Below are positions 33,896 to 43,672 of a stretch of DNA of 64,000 nt, piece by piece (position 1 is the first letter of the stretch; each line of letters opens with the position of its first letter). The DNA lies in the NCBI GenBank assembly GCA_963792415.1, contig CAWBVY010000005.1:57889-121888 (forward strand), written 5' to 3'. The notes below the pieces were generated by a model that did not search any database, was not told where the DNA came from, and worked only from the letters and a program-made list of their open reading frames with translations. A program made the translations under genes and the position numbers. This DNA comes from Candidatus Deferrimicrobiaceae bacterium. Its GTDB lineage: Bacteria > Desulfobacterota > Deferrimicrobia > Deferrimicrobiales > Deferrimicrobiaceae.

Positions 33896-35290
33896 ATGCC
33901 GAACGTCGTTACGCGCTTCGCACCCAGCCCCACCGGGTATCTCCACATCGGCGGCGCCCGCACCGCCCTCTTCAATCGCCTCTACGCCCGCCGCAACGGC
34001 GGCAGGTTCATCCTGCGGATCGAGGACACCGACCAGGAGCGGTCCACCCCCGAGGCGGTCCAGGCGATCCTCGACGGGATGACGTGGCTCGGCATCACCT
34101 GGGACGAGGGACCGCACTTCCAGATGGAGCGGATGGACCTGTACCGGAAGGAGGCGGAGCGTTTGCTGCGGGAAGGGAAGGCGTACCGGTGCGTCTGCAC
34201 GAAAGAGGAGCTCGACGCGCGGCGCGAGGAGATGACCGCGCGCAAGGAGAAGCCCCGGTACGACGGCCGGTGCCGCGATCTCGCCCCCGGGGCGACGGGG
34301 GGGAAGCCTTCCGTCCTCCGGTTCAAGGCGCCGCGCACGGGACAGACGACGGTCCACGACCTGCTGCGCGGCGACGTGACCTACGAGAACGCGGAGCTGG
34401 ACGACCTGGTGCTCCTGCGCACCGACGGGTCGCCGACGTACAACTTCGTCGTCGTGATCGACGACGCCTCGATGGGGATCACCCACGTCCTGCGGGGGGA
34501 CGACCACCTGAACAACACGCCGAAGCAGCTCCTCCTTTACGAAGCGCTCGGCTACCCTCTCCCGCGGTTCGGCCACTTTCCCCTGATCCACGGGATGGAA
34601 GGCGGGAAACTGTCGAAGCGGCAGGACGACGTCTCCGTGACGGCGTACCGGGAGAAGGGGTATCTCCCCGAGGCGATGGTCAACTATCTCGTTCGTCTCG
34701 GCTGGGGGCACGGCGACCAGGAGATCTTCTCCATGGTGGAGATGCAGGACCTCTTCTCCCTGGAGCACGTCGGCAAATCCCCGTCGAAATTCAACCTCGA
34801 CAAGCTCCTCCACCTCAACGCCCACTACATCAAGATGGCGGAACCTTCGCTGCTCGCGACCCTCCTCGTCCCCTTCCTGGCGAAACGCGGAATCGACGCG
34901 AATCCTTCCCCGTGGCTCACCGCCGCCGTGCGGACCTTGCAGGAGCGGTCCCGAACCCTCGAGGAGATGGCCGAATCCGCGGAATACTACTTCCGCCCGA
35001 AGCCTGCCGATCCGAAGGCGGCGGCGAAGTTCCTCACCCCGGAGGTCGCCCCGGTGCTCCTCGAGATCGCCGAGGCGTTTTCCGCCCTCGACGACTTCAA
35101 GGCCGACATGGAGGATGCGCTGAAGGAAGTGGTGGAACGCAGGGGGGGGAACCTCAAGATCCACCAGCCGATCCGCGTCGCCCTCACCGGGGGGACCGCG
35201 TCCCCTGGGCTGTTCGAGGTGATGCGGATTCTCGGGCGGGACGAGGTGGCGCGCCGCCTGCGGGGCGCCGCGGAGCGGATTGGCGCTTGA
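33896..35290 (+). CDS. gltX: Glutamate--tRNA ligase
   Basis: TRFAPSPTGYLHIGG, RIEDTD, RGDDH, KLSKR. Confidence 0.97.
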   Translation: MPNVVTRFAPSPTGYLHIGGARTALFNRLYARRNGGRFILRIEDTDQERSTPEAVQAILDGMTWLGITWDEGPHFQMERMDLYRKEAERLLREGKAYRCVCTKEELDARREEMTARKEKPRYDGRCRDLAPGATGGKPSVLRFKAPRTGQTTVHDLLRGDVTYENAELDDLVLLRTDGSPTYNFVVVIDDASMGITHVLRGDDHLNNTPKQLLLYEALGYPLPRFGHFPLIHGMEGGKLSKRQDDVSVTAYREKGYLPEAMVNYLVRLGWGHGDQEIFSMVEMQDLFSLEHVGKSPSKFNLDKLLHLNAHYIKMAEPSLLATLLVPFLAKRGIDANPSPWLTAAVRTLQERSRTLEEMAESAEYYFRPKPADPKAAAKFLTPEVAPVLLEIAEAFSALDDFKADMEDALKEVVERRGGNLKIHQPIRVALTGGTASPGLFEVMRILGRDEVARRLRGAAERIGA

Positions 35291-35327
35291 CGCAACGGCT
35301 CACGATCGGGTACCGTGTTCTTTCCGT

Positions 35328-35401
35328 TGGGGAGTGGTGAAATGGTATCACACGTGGCTCTGACCCACGGTTTCCAGGTTCGAGCCCTGGCTCCCCAGCC
35401 A
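35328..35401 (+). tRNA. tRNA-Gln (anticodon CTG)
   Basis: Acceptor TGGGGAG/CTCCCCA, anticodon arm CGTGG-CT CTG AC-CCACG, GGTTCGAG T-loop, encoded CCA. Confidence 0.95.
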
Positions 35402-35404
35402 ACC

Positions 35405-35480
35405 GGTCCCATCGTCTAGTGGCCCAGGACGTCGCCCTCTCACGGCGAAAACGGGGGTTCGAACCCCCCTGGGACCGCCA
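35405..35480 (+). tRNA. tRNA-Glu (anticodon CTC)
   Basis: Acceptor GGTCCCA/TGGGACC, anticodon arm TCGCC-CT CTC AC-GGCGA, GGTTCGAA T-loop, encoded CCA. Confidence 0.95.
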
Positions 35481-35490
35481 CAAAGAAAAC

Positions 35491-35522
35491 AAGGGGTTAC
35501 GGTGAAAACCGCAACCCCTTTC
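35491..35522 (+). terminator. Hairpin terminator after the tRNA pair
   Basis: AAGGGGTTACGGT-GAAA-ACCGCAACCCCTT followed by a pyrimidine tract. Confidence 0.7.
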
Positions 35523-35756
35523 TCCTTCTTCTTTTCCTTACTTTTCCCGTACTTATATTGGAAGGCTATCCCTGCCCTTTCGATCGCATCGCTACAATTC
35601 CGTCCTGCGCCATCCTTTTCCGTCCTTTTCCGGGGATGTTCGCTGTCCGGTGGGTGTGCGGTGGGCGTGAACGTGCGCCGTTGGAGTAGGAGGGTTATTC
35701 CGTTTCGTGAAGCCCGAAGATGTACCGCCCGAGCAGTTGGCGCCACTTGCGGCTGT

Positions 35757-36011
35757 TCACTTCTCCTTCTTCGGCCTCCACTCCCGTGCTAACTTCTGCG
35801 CCTCGACAATCTGGGCGGGTGCCATCATGGAGGCAACACGCTCTCTATTAGATATTGCTGCCTGCCTATAATCTACTTCGGATGTGGGATCTGATGAAGG
35901 ATCGCTCGAGGCTGAAAGGGTTAACCACATATGGTCTAGGACAAAGTCCTGCGGGACGCCGTGACCATTGGTGTACCTACGGCCGAGGTTGAACTGGGCT
36001 TAAGGATCACC
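35757..36011 (-). pseudogene. Remnant of a Sel1-repeat protein gene
   Basis: Manual translation GDP*AQFNLGRRYTNGHGVPQDFVLDHMWL...MAPAQIVEAQKLAREWRPKKEK*: in-frame TAA, no start; paralogous to 40110-40770. Confidence 0.8.
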
Positions 36012-36085
36012 CAACCTTGCCAGTGATCGGAATACTCTAAACGTAGCCCGAAGCCTGACTGAGGCCTGAAGTCCGATGCCTGATT

Positions 36086-36709
36086 TCACGATATTGGGTG
36101 GAGCACGATATCAAGGAAGAGCTTCTGCAGTTCGATGATACCTGTCCTGAGGTTACCTCGGGTCTGCCACCAATGATCCGGGTCGAATTTCGAGTAACGG
36201 CTGGAATGGACGATCAGGGTGACAGGTTGTCCTTTCAGGGCTCGCCGAAGGACCCGGCCAACGCGTCTGGAGTGATCACAGGTGGTGACCAAGACAACTG
36301 AGCGAAATCGACGCTGTTCGAGCCAACCAGGAAGAACCTGGCCTTCTTCCTCAGTACCGGCAACCGCCCGCGGGATCCGCACGACATGTGTGACTCCCAA
36401 AGCGTCCAGCTCTCCAATGGACAGGGCAGCTTGGTCGTGGTAAGGCACTCCGCGTCTGATGAATTCGCGATCCACTTCGTCCGGGGGATCGTTGAACACT
36501 GCCACTATGGGAGCGACACCGCGATGAAATAGATCGGCGGCTTCCAGAACGCCCGCCTCACGAGCGTCGATTGAGACGACAATGACATCCGCGGAAGCGA
36601 CCGGATTGGCCACGACCAGGAGGCGTCCGGCCGCAGCCAGGATGGGCGCCCTGAACGCGAGCGCCAGCAGAAGAACGAGGCACACGCCTGCTGCGACAGG
36701 CCTTCGCAT
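36086..36709 (-). CDS. YdcF/DUF218-like membrane-anchored protein
   Basis: N-terminal TM, ADVIVV, VLVTT.DHSRR, WW...E..K C-terminus. Confidence 0.7.
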   Translation of the reverse strand: MRRPVAAGVCLVLLLALAFRAPILAAAGRLLVVANPVASADVIVVSIDAREAGVLEAADLFHRGVAPIVAVFNDPPDEVDREFIRRGVPYHDQAALSIGELDALGVTHVVRIPRAVAGTEEEGQVLPGWLEQRRFRSVVLVTTCDHSRRVGRVLRRALKGQPVTLIVHSSRYSKFDPDHWWQTRGNLRTGIIELQKLFLDIVLHPIS

Positions 36710-36747
36710 ATGCCACCTCACGGGTATGTTCGGGGTGTTTTGACGAA

Positions 36748-37008
36748 TCAGGGGGAATCTTCGGGCTTCTTCCCCCTGCATCCGTCGCGGTATCCGCGGG
36801 CATAGGCCACGACGGGGGAATCGCCGCCAATCCTGTCCGCGATTTCGTGAAGGTGATCATGGTCGCGGTAGGATGCCCACGTATTGTCCTGAAAACGGAA
36901 CCTGATCCCCTGACGATACCCCCGCCAGTATTCCGCCTGCCTCGGTTCGGAGTTCGCGATCATCCGATCTATCGGGCAGAGCAGAGTTTCATATTCCGAT
37001 GGGTCCAA
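36748..37008 (-). CDS. Small hypothetical protein
   Basis: Strong SD (AAGGAGGGAG) before TTG; two YxRGYRxG motifs. Confidence 0.55.
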   Translation of the reverse strand: MDPSEYETLLCPIDRMIANSEPRQAEYWRGYRQGIRFRFQDNTWASYRDHDHLHEIADRIGGDSPVVAYARGYRDGCRGKKPEDSP

Positions 37009-37074
37009 TCTCCCTCCCTTGTCCCCGCGAAAACCGGGTCCGCAGGAGGTTATCGGAAGATGCGGGTGGAATCT

Positions 37075-37735
37075 TCAGGGGGTTCCCCTACGCGACTCGT
37101 CATCAGCGGATCCCGTTTCCTGCCGCCAGATGTCCTGCAACTCCCGGATCGCGGTCTCCGGATCCGGCCGCCGGGTGACCGCGCGCACGACGCAGAAGTT
37201 CCGGGCGCCGTTGCGGAGAACCTCCGCGAGGTTCCCGAGGTCGATCCCGCCAAGGGCGACGGCCGGTACCGGTACCGAACGAATGATCGCCCCCATCCGC
37301 TCGGGGCCGAGGACCGGGTCGGGGATCGCCTTCGTCGGGGTGGCGAACACGGGTCCGACCCCGATGTAGTCGGGCGACTGGTGCGACGCCAGGAGCGCCT
37401 CCCGCTCGTTGTGGGTCGATAGTCCGAAACGCTTTCCCGGGCACGGGCCACAGGCGCCGCGCCTCTTCGATCGGCAGGTCGCGCTGTCCGAGGTGCACCC
37501 CGTCGGCGTCGACATCGCGGGCAATCGTCACGTCGTCGTTGACGATGAACAGGGTGTCGCTGCCGAGGGTGACCTTGCGCACGCGCCGGGCGGTTTCGAG
37601 AACGGCATCCCGAGGCGCCTCCTTCATCCGGAGCTGGAGATACCGGACGCCGCAGCGGACCGCCGCTTCTGCGCACGCCTCGTATCCGACCATCGGGTCG
37701 GTCATGACGAGATACAGCCCGAACGCGTCATCCAT
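37075..37735 (-). CDS. thiE: Thiamine-phosphate synthase (one frameshift near 37433)
   Basis: LQLRMK, IVNDD, DGVHLGQ in one frame; GLSTH, GPVFATPTK, ALGGI in another; an extra base in an A-run explains the shift. Confidence 0.9.
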
Positions 37736-38864
37736 GCCCGTCTCCCCCCACGTCCCGGAACGTGCTGTCCCAGTTCTTGAATACCGGCTCCAGCCCCCGG
37801 CTCCGCAGCATCGAGCAGAATTCCGGCACGCCCCGCGTGTCGCTGACTTCGAACTGGCCTTCGGTTGCCGGCTCCGCCTCTCCGTAGCCGCCGACACTTG
37901 TGCGGCTTCCCGCGCTCATCTTCGAGATCCCGAGCCCGGCCATCCCGTCCCGGAATTCCGGCCGCTCGCGCGTCGAGAGCAGGAGAGGGACATCCGGGAG
38001 AACGATCCGGACCGCGAACACCAGCCGCGCCAGCCACGCCTCGTCCACGGGGAACGTCGCCGAGAAATTCCCCGACTGGGGCCGCAGGCGGGGGAACGAA
38101 AGCGTGATCCCCGACTTCCAGTGGTTCCGCTGGAGATGGGCCGCGTGGCGCACGAGGCAGAGTGCGTCGAAAATCGGGTCCGACAGTCCGAGGAGAACGC
38201 CCAGGCCGACGGTACGCATCCCCGCTTCCATGGCGCGGGCGGGAGCATCGAGCCGCTCCAGGAAATCCTTCTTCGGGCCCCACCGGTGGAGCCGGTCGTA
38301 CTGCCGAGGATCGTACGTCTCCTGGTACAACGTCACGCCGGAACAGCCCGCTTCGGCCAGGAGGGCGTACTCGCGGGTCGTCATCGGAAAGGCCTCGACA
38401 CCTACGGCGTGGAACCGCCGCGCCGCCAGCGACACGCATTCGAGAAGGTAGTCGAATCCGGCGTGGGAGGTGCGCTCCCCGGTGAGCAGGAGGACCTCCT
38501 CGAACCCCATCTCCTTCAGCTCCGCCAGCTCCTCCTCCACTTCCGGTGGCTCGAGGCGCCGCCTGGGCTGGACCCGGTCGGAGGCGAAGCCGCAGTACGC
38601 GCAGCCGTTCGTGCAGAAGTTGGCCAGGTAGAGCGGCGCGTACATGGAGATGGTTCGGCCGAAGTGGCGTTGCGTCAGGGCGCGGGCGCGCTGCGCCATG
38701 GCCTCCACGAAGGGGTGCGCCGCCGGGGAAAGGAGCGCGGCGAGCTCCCGCGGGCCGGGCGCATCGCACCCGAGCGCCCGTTCGACGTCCGCTGGCGTCG
38801 CCTCCTTTCCGTCGATCCACGGCGAAGGATCGAGCCACGCGGGTAGCCGCAGTTCCGAAGTCAC
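37728..38864 (-). CDS. thiH: 2-iminoacetate synthase ThiH (radical SAM)
   Basis: [40 protein letters not shown]. Confidence 0.94.
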   Translation of the reverse strand: MTSELRLPAWLDPSPWIDGKEATPADVERALGCDAPGPRELAALLSPAAHPFVEAMAQRARALTQRHFGRTISMYAPLYLANFCTNGCAYCGFASDRVQPRRRLEPPEVEEELAELKEMGFEEVLLLTGERTSHAGFDYLLECVSLAARRFHAVGVEAFPMTTREYALLAEAGCSGVTLYQETYDPRQYDRLHRWGPKKDFLERLDAPARAMEAGMRTVGLGVLLGLSDPIFDALCLVRHAAHLQRNHWKSGITLSFPRLRPQSGNFSATFPVDEAWLARLVFAVRIVLPDVPLLLSTRERPEFRDGMAGLGISKMSAGSRTSVGGYGEAEPATEGQFEVSDTRGVPEFCSMLRSRGLEPVFKNWDSTFRDVGGDGHG

Positions 38865-39694
38865 GAACCCTCCACGGACAGGAACGTGGTCAGGGGGCTT
38901 GTCGCCAGCGCCGTGCCGCCGCCTTGCGGCATGAGGCCGGCCCGGTATGCGTCCCGGCCCGCCCCCACGGCCCGCGCGAACGCCGCGGCCATGGCGACCG
39001 GGTCGCCGGACGCCGCCACGGCGCTGTTCACGAGGACCGCGTCGCACCCCATCTCGAGCGCGGCGGCGGCCTCCGAAGGGGAACGGAGGCCCGCGTCGAC
39101 GATCACGGGGATCCGGGCGTCGCGAAGGATGAGCCGCAGCATCTCGGCCGTGGCCAGCCCGCGCCCGCTTCCGATCGCGGAACCGAGCGGCATCAGCGAC
39201 GCGCACCCGACGTCCTCCAGCCGCTTGGCGAGGACCGGGTCGGCCGGCATGTACGGCATCACCACGAACCCTTCCGCGGCGAGGACCTTCGCGGCCTCGA
39301 ACGTCTCGATCGGGTCGGGCATCAGATGGTGCGGGTTGGGGTGGATCTCGACCTTCACGAAGGGGCTCCCGCAGAGCTCCCGCGCCAGGCGCGCGGCGCG
39401 GATCGCCTCAGTGGCGTTCCTCGCCCCGGAGGTGTTCGGCATCAGGGTGATCCCCGTAAGCTCTCCCAGCGGACCGAGCATGTCGTCCTCCCGGGGATTG
39501 CGGCCGACGCGGCGAAGCGCGACCGTGACGATCTGCGTGCCCGATGCCCGGACGGCCCCCACCATGGTTTCCGCATCCTGGAACTTGCCGGTCCCCATCA
39601 GGAGCCGCGAGGAGAACCGGTGTCCCCCGACGATCCATTCATCCAGTCCCTTGCCTTGAGGCTCCAACTCTTCCCCTCCGGATTGCAGATTCAT
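38861..39694 (-). CDS. thiG: Thiazole synthase ThiG
   Basis: [28 protein letters not shown]. Confidence 0.96.
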   Translation of the reverse strand: MNLQSGGEELEPQGKGLDEWIVGGHRFSSRLLMGTGKFQDAETMVGAVRASGTQIVTVALRRVGRNPREDDMLGPLGELTGITLMPNTSGARNATEAIRAARLARELCGSPFVKVEIHPNPHHLMPDPIETFEAAKVLAAEGFVVMPYMPADPVLAKRLEDVGCASLMPLGSAIGSGRGLATAEMLRLILRDARIPVIVDAGLRSPSEAAAALEMGCDAVLVNSAVAASGDPVAMAAAFARAVGAGRDAYRAGLMPQGGGTALATSPLTTFLSVEGS

Positions 39695-39713
39695 GCCTCC
39701 CCCCTCCCGGCGA

Positions 39714-39914
39714 TCACCCGCCGCCGACGAGCCGGAACAGCTCCACGCGATCGCCCTCCCGCAGCCCGCGCGCGCCCCATGAGGAAGCGGGGATCACTTC
39801 ATCGTTCAGGACGACGACCACCGGCCGGCTACCGACGCCCATCTCCTCGAGCAGCGCCGTCACGGATCCGAGCGGCTTCGCCTCGTACGCCTCGCCGTTG
39901 ACGATCAGGTTCAT
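39714..39914 (-). CDS. thiS: Sulfur carrier protein ThiS
   Basis: MNLIVNGE...GDRVEL..VGGG C-terminus. Confidence 0.93.
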   Translation of the reverse strand: MNLIVNGEAYEAKPLGSVTALLEEMGVGSRPVVVVLNDEVIPASSWGARGLREGDRVELFRLVGGG

Positions 39915-39930
39915 GCCCACCCCTCCGATC

Positions 39931-39965
39931 AAAAAAAAACGCGCCTAGCTTTTCACCAGGCGCGC
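39931..39965 (-). terminator. Riboswitch-linked intrinsic terminator
   Basis: GCGCGCCTGG-TGAAAAG-CTAGGCGCG followed by 9 T, between the aptamer and thiS. Confidence 0.85.
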
Positions 39966-39974
39966 ATCTCGTTG

Positions 39975-40056
39975 TCTTCCTTCGCCGGCATTATCCGGAT
40001 CAGGTTCAACGGGTATGTTCTCAGCCCGCCCCTGTCGGAACGAGCACCCCGGCTAG
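39975..40056 (-). ncRNA. TPP riboswitch
   Basis: GGGGTGC...GCTGAGA..ATACCC.TTGAACCTGATCCGGATAATGCCGGCGAAGGAA consensus upstream of thiSGHE. Confidence 0.95.
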
Positions 40057-40063
40057 TTACTAT

Positions 40064-40091
40064 ATGGTACTAGGCCGGCCGTGCACGTCAA
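40064..40091 (-). promoter_or_regulatory. Putative sigma70 promoter of the thi operon
   Basis: TTGACG-16 bp-TACCAT just 5' of the aptamer. Confidence 0.5.
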
Positions 40092-40109
40092 TACCCCTCT
40101 TCCGTTCCT

Positions 40110-40770
40110 TCAGTGCTCCGTCTTCGGTTTCCACTCCTGCGCTAAGTGTTGCGCCTCGGCGATCTGGGCGGGTGTCATCTTGGAGGCGGCAACATCTCTG
40201 AATTTTTCGGTCTTCTTCCGTTTCGATTTCTCCGATGCAGGGTATCGGGTATCGCATGGTTGCGAGATGAAACCACATATGCGCGAGGACATAGTCCTTC
40301 GGGACGCCCTGGCCTGTGAAGTACATAATTCCGAGTCTGGTCTGGGCCTCGACGAATCCTTGCTCTGCCGCCTCGCGATACCACTTCACCGCCTCGACGT
40401 AGTTCTGCGGCACGCCCCGGCGCTCGTCGTACATGAGGCCCAGGTGGAACTGGGCCTCGGCATTTCCCTGCTCTGCCGCCTTGCGATACCACTTCAGCGC
40501 CTTGGCATTTCCCTGCTCTGCCGCCTTGAGGTTCCATTTCAACGCCTCGGCGTAGTCTTGTGGCACGCCTTGGCCCTTTTCGTACAAGAGGCCCAGGTTG
40601 AGCTGGGCCTCCGGCAATCCCCCCTCCGCCAATGGCTTGATGAGGCGATAAGCGGTCTCGTAGTCGCCACTAAGGTAAGCATTCGTGGCGTCCTCGAACG
40701 GTTCCGCGATCGCCGGACCCGCCATGAGGAAGGAGAGGATCAGGATCAAGGGGGCGGAAGGTCTTCGCAT
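40110..40770 (-). CDS. Secreted Sel1-repeat protein (frameshift near 40250)
   Basis: Signal peptide, AQ.NLG.LY..GQGVPQDY.EA.KW..AAEQG repeats; C-terminus MTPAQIAEAQ.LA.EWKP in a second frame. Confidence 0.85.
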
Positions 40771-40841
40771 TTTCCACCTCGTTGACGAGGATTGGATTCC
40801 CCCAAGCGTATGAGCCCCAGAAAGGAGGCGTTTTTAGCGAA

Positions 40842-41456
40842 TCAGGGGACGATCACCACGTCCCCCCGCCGGAGCAGGATGTTCGATTCGAGGTTCTTTC
40901 CCGCGATCACGTCGTCGTAGTCGAACGGGATGATGACGGTCTTCCCCCCTTCCCGGCGAAAGATCTTGATCCGGGACACCTTGGCGAACTGGTCGGGCCC
41001 CCCCGCGATCGCCAGCGCCTGAAGGACGTCGATGTTCGAGGTCATGAGCGACCGGCCGGGCGTCTTGACATGACCAAGCACGTAGATCTGGAGGCTGTTC
41101 ACCTGCCGGACCTCCACGGTGATGACGGCGTCCTTGACGTAGAGGGACAGCTTCCTCTCGATCTCCTTCTGGAGCTGGGCCACCGTCTTCCCCGCGGCCA
41201 CGACCTCCCCGACCATGGGATAGGCGACTTTCCCGTCCGGCAGGACGGTCACCAGGCGGGCCAGGTCCTTGTCCTTCCACACTTCGATGCTGAGCTGGTC
41301 CCCGGGTCCGATCCGGTAGTCCGGTTCGGCGGTCGCCTGGAGCGCGGCCTCCGCTTCGGGTCCCGGTATGGCCGCCTCCTTCTCCGCCGCCCGAAGCGGG
41401 AACGGTGCCAGCACCAGCAGGAACAACGCGACGAGCAGCCTCTTCACCACCCTCAT
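40842..41456 (-). CDS. Polysaccharide export protein (short OPX/Wza family)
   Basis: DYRIGPGDQLSIEVW, V.PDGK..YP.VG (PES), SLBB, L..GDVVIVP; ~204 aa; no lipobox Cys. Confidence 0.88.
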   Translation of the reverse strand: MRVVKRLLVALFLLVLAPFPLRAAEKEAAIPGPEAEAALQATAEPDYRIGPGDQLSIEVWKDKDLARLVTVLPDGKVAYPMVGEVVAAGKTVAQLQKEIERKLSLYVKDAVITVEVRQVNSLQIYVLGHVKTPGRSLMTSNIDVLQALAIAGGPDQFAKVSRIKIFRREGGKTVIIPFDYDDVIAGKNLESNILLRRGDVVIVP

Positions 41457-41711
41457 CCTTCTCTCCCTCTTCCCCTGCAACCGCGGGGATTCGTAATTAT
41501 ATCGAAGCGTGTGAACCGATGCTCCGAATGCGTCCGATCGCCGGGTGCATCGGGGTGCCGGCCCCGGGCTCCCGTAGTGGAATAAGAAAAACATGCATAT
41601 TTTTTCCACTATTGGAAAAACATTACCACGTCTGTCCATCCATCCGGTGCCTGCCGATATCCGTTCTGAATGAAAACGGTTGGTTACGGGCACTGCGTGG
41701 TGGCTTTGTTT

Positions 41712-41727
41712 CGGCACTTTTTTTGCA
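41712..41727 (+). promoter_or_regulatory. Sigma54 (-24/-12) promoter of the sugar transferase
   Basis: CGGCAC-TTTTT-TTGCA with exact GG-N10-GC spacing, ~65 bp upstream of the ATG. Confidence 0.7.
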
Positions 41728-41793
41728 GGAATTTTTCTCTGTTCCATTTAATCTTTTTTTCGCCGACGACACCGCATCAGAATTCAGGAATCC

Positions 41794-43063
41794 ATGGTTG
41801 CCAAAGAATCGATGAAACGGTATCTAAAACATATAAACCCGCTGACCCGGCTTCGGGACGCTGAAATCTTCAATCGCGTCCATTCCTCCAGAGAGTTCGC
41901 CTCGATCCTCCACCGGGAGCGCGACCGTGCCGACCGGACCGGGCAGGAATTCTCCATGGCCGTCTTCGCGGTCGGCAACGGCGGGAAGAAAACCGCCGCC
42001 GCGCGGAACCTCGTGCCCATCCTGACGCACCGGATCCGCTCCACCGACGCCATCGGATGGCTCGCGGACGGCCGCATCGGGTCGGTCCTCCCGCACACCC
42101 GGCCCGAATGCGCCTGGAAGTTCGTCGCCAACGTCCGCAAGGCGTACAACGGCAGCGCCTCCCCCGGAGTGCGTGGTGTACACCTATCCGTCCTCGTGGC
42201 TTCCGGGCGACGACGGGAACCCACCCCGGGATCCTCGCTCCCTCAGGAAAACACCCTCGCCGGGGGAGACCGGCGATTCCGGGATGATGTTCTCCCGCGT
42301 TGATGCCACGGACTGCGCAAGGCCGATCGAGGATCTGGAGCCGCATGTCCTGTTCCGGATCCCCCTGTGGAAGCGCGCGATCGACATCGTGGGATCGCTT
42401 GTCGCCATCCTCCTTCTGTCGCCGCTGCTCCTGCTGGTCACCCTGCTCATCAAGATCGTCTCGCCCGGCCCGGCCCTGTTCCGGCAAAAAAGGGTCGGCT
42501 ACCTCGGCAGGGTGTTCACCATGTGGAAGTTCCGCACGATGCACGTGAACACCGACACGACCCTTCACCAGAACTACCTTCGGGAGCTGATCCGCAACGA
42601 AAAAGAGATGACCAAGCTCGACCACATCAGGGACCCCCGGATCATCCCCTTCGGCGGTATTCTCCGCGCGACCGGCATCGACGAGCTCCCCCAGTTGATC
42701 AACGTCCTTCTCGGCGACATGAGCCTCGTGGGGCCACGCCCCTGCCTGCCCTACGAAGCGTATGAATACCACTCCTGGCAGATGAGGCGCTTCGACGCCG
42801 TCCCGGGCCTGACCGGCCTGTGGCAGGTGAGCGGGAAGAACCGGACCACCTTCAAGGAAATGATGCGGCTGGACATCGGCTACGCGAGGAAACGGGCGTT
42901 CCTGCTCGACGTGATGATCGTCCTGAAGACCATCCCCGCGATCGTCGTCCAGGTGGCCGACCGGCCTTCCAACGCCCACGCGCGGGCGAAGGAGCTGTCC
43001 GCCGTCACGCGGCTGGGCGCAGTGCTCTTCGCGATCCTCGTGGTGAACTCGCCCCACAAGTAG
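41794..43063 (+). CDS. Priming sugar transferase (Bac_transf) with N-terminal GGDEF-like domain (frameshift near 42163)
   Basis: KRAIDI, SPGP.LFRQ.RVG, KFRTM, DPRI, DELPQL.NVL.GDMSLVGPRP, PGLTGLWQV; the upstream part joins through a C-run. Confidence 0.88.
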
Positions 43064-43225
43064 AATCCTTCTCCCCTTCCTGAACCTGCGCTGTCCTGCA
43101 ATTCCCCGGATCCCGGTTGCCTAGCGCACCGACTCCACCGAAAGCCGCCGCTGCCGGATCCGGTTCCCGAGGTCAGGAGCGGCAGAGAATGCATGGAATG
43201 ATCGGGTGAATCGGGGCCAGGGATA

Positions 43226-43627
43226 TCAGGGGATGGAGAAAGAAACCGCGGGGGAAAAATCGGATTTCATGCCCTCCACCGTGACCGTCCGCAGGGAAAC
43301 GTAGTAGGTCACCCCCTTCGATAGATGGAGGAGAGACGATTTGCAAGATTGTACGTGGTATCCAGGGGCGATGCGGTCGCAACGGGGTTGTCGGCCGGTC
43401 CGAAAGAAGGATCCTGCTTGATGTAGATCTCGAACCCCTGCAGGTCCCTGGAGGGAACCAACGGGGTGTTGTCCGTGAAATATTGCGGAGCCGCCCAATA
43501 CACACTCTTTCGACGGCGGTGGGCGGAGAGGGGCGAGAAATGGAAGACGATCCGCCTCCTCCGCATGCGACAAAGAAGCGACCCCCAGGAGCACCATTGT
43601 CGCAAGGACCTGTTTGTGCCGCCGCAT
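43226..43627 (-). CDS. Putative lipoprotein with FN3-like segment (multiple frameshifts)
   Basis: Stitched across frames: signal + ACGGGGSSS, WAAPQYFTDNTPL...LQGFEIY, TYYVSLRTVTVEGMKSDFS. Confidence 0.55.
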   Translation of the reverse strand: MRRHKQVLATMVLLGVASLSHAEEADRLPFLAPLRPPPSKECVLGGSAIFHGQHPVGSLQGPAGVRDLHQAGSFFRTGRQPRCDRIAPGYHVQSCKSSLLHLSKGVTYYVSLRTVTVEGMKSDFSPAVSFSIP

Positions 43628-43672
43628 GGTTCTTCGCCCTCCCTCTCTTCCAGAAAATGTCCCCTTCGATAT

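Noticed and set aside
35348-35792. ORFs 35348-35746 (-) and 35502-35792 (+)
   Set aside because: They overlap the tRNAs or terminator and a low-complexity pyrimidine tract; no SD or motif support.
37425-37440. Programmed frameshift in thiE
   Set aside because: No precedent or stimulatory element is evident; a homopolymer indel like those in neighbouring genes is simpler.
37075-39914. Absence of thiF, thiC and thiD from the thi operon
   Set aside because: These genes are often located elsewhere, so nothing can be concluded from one window.
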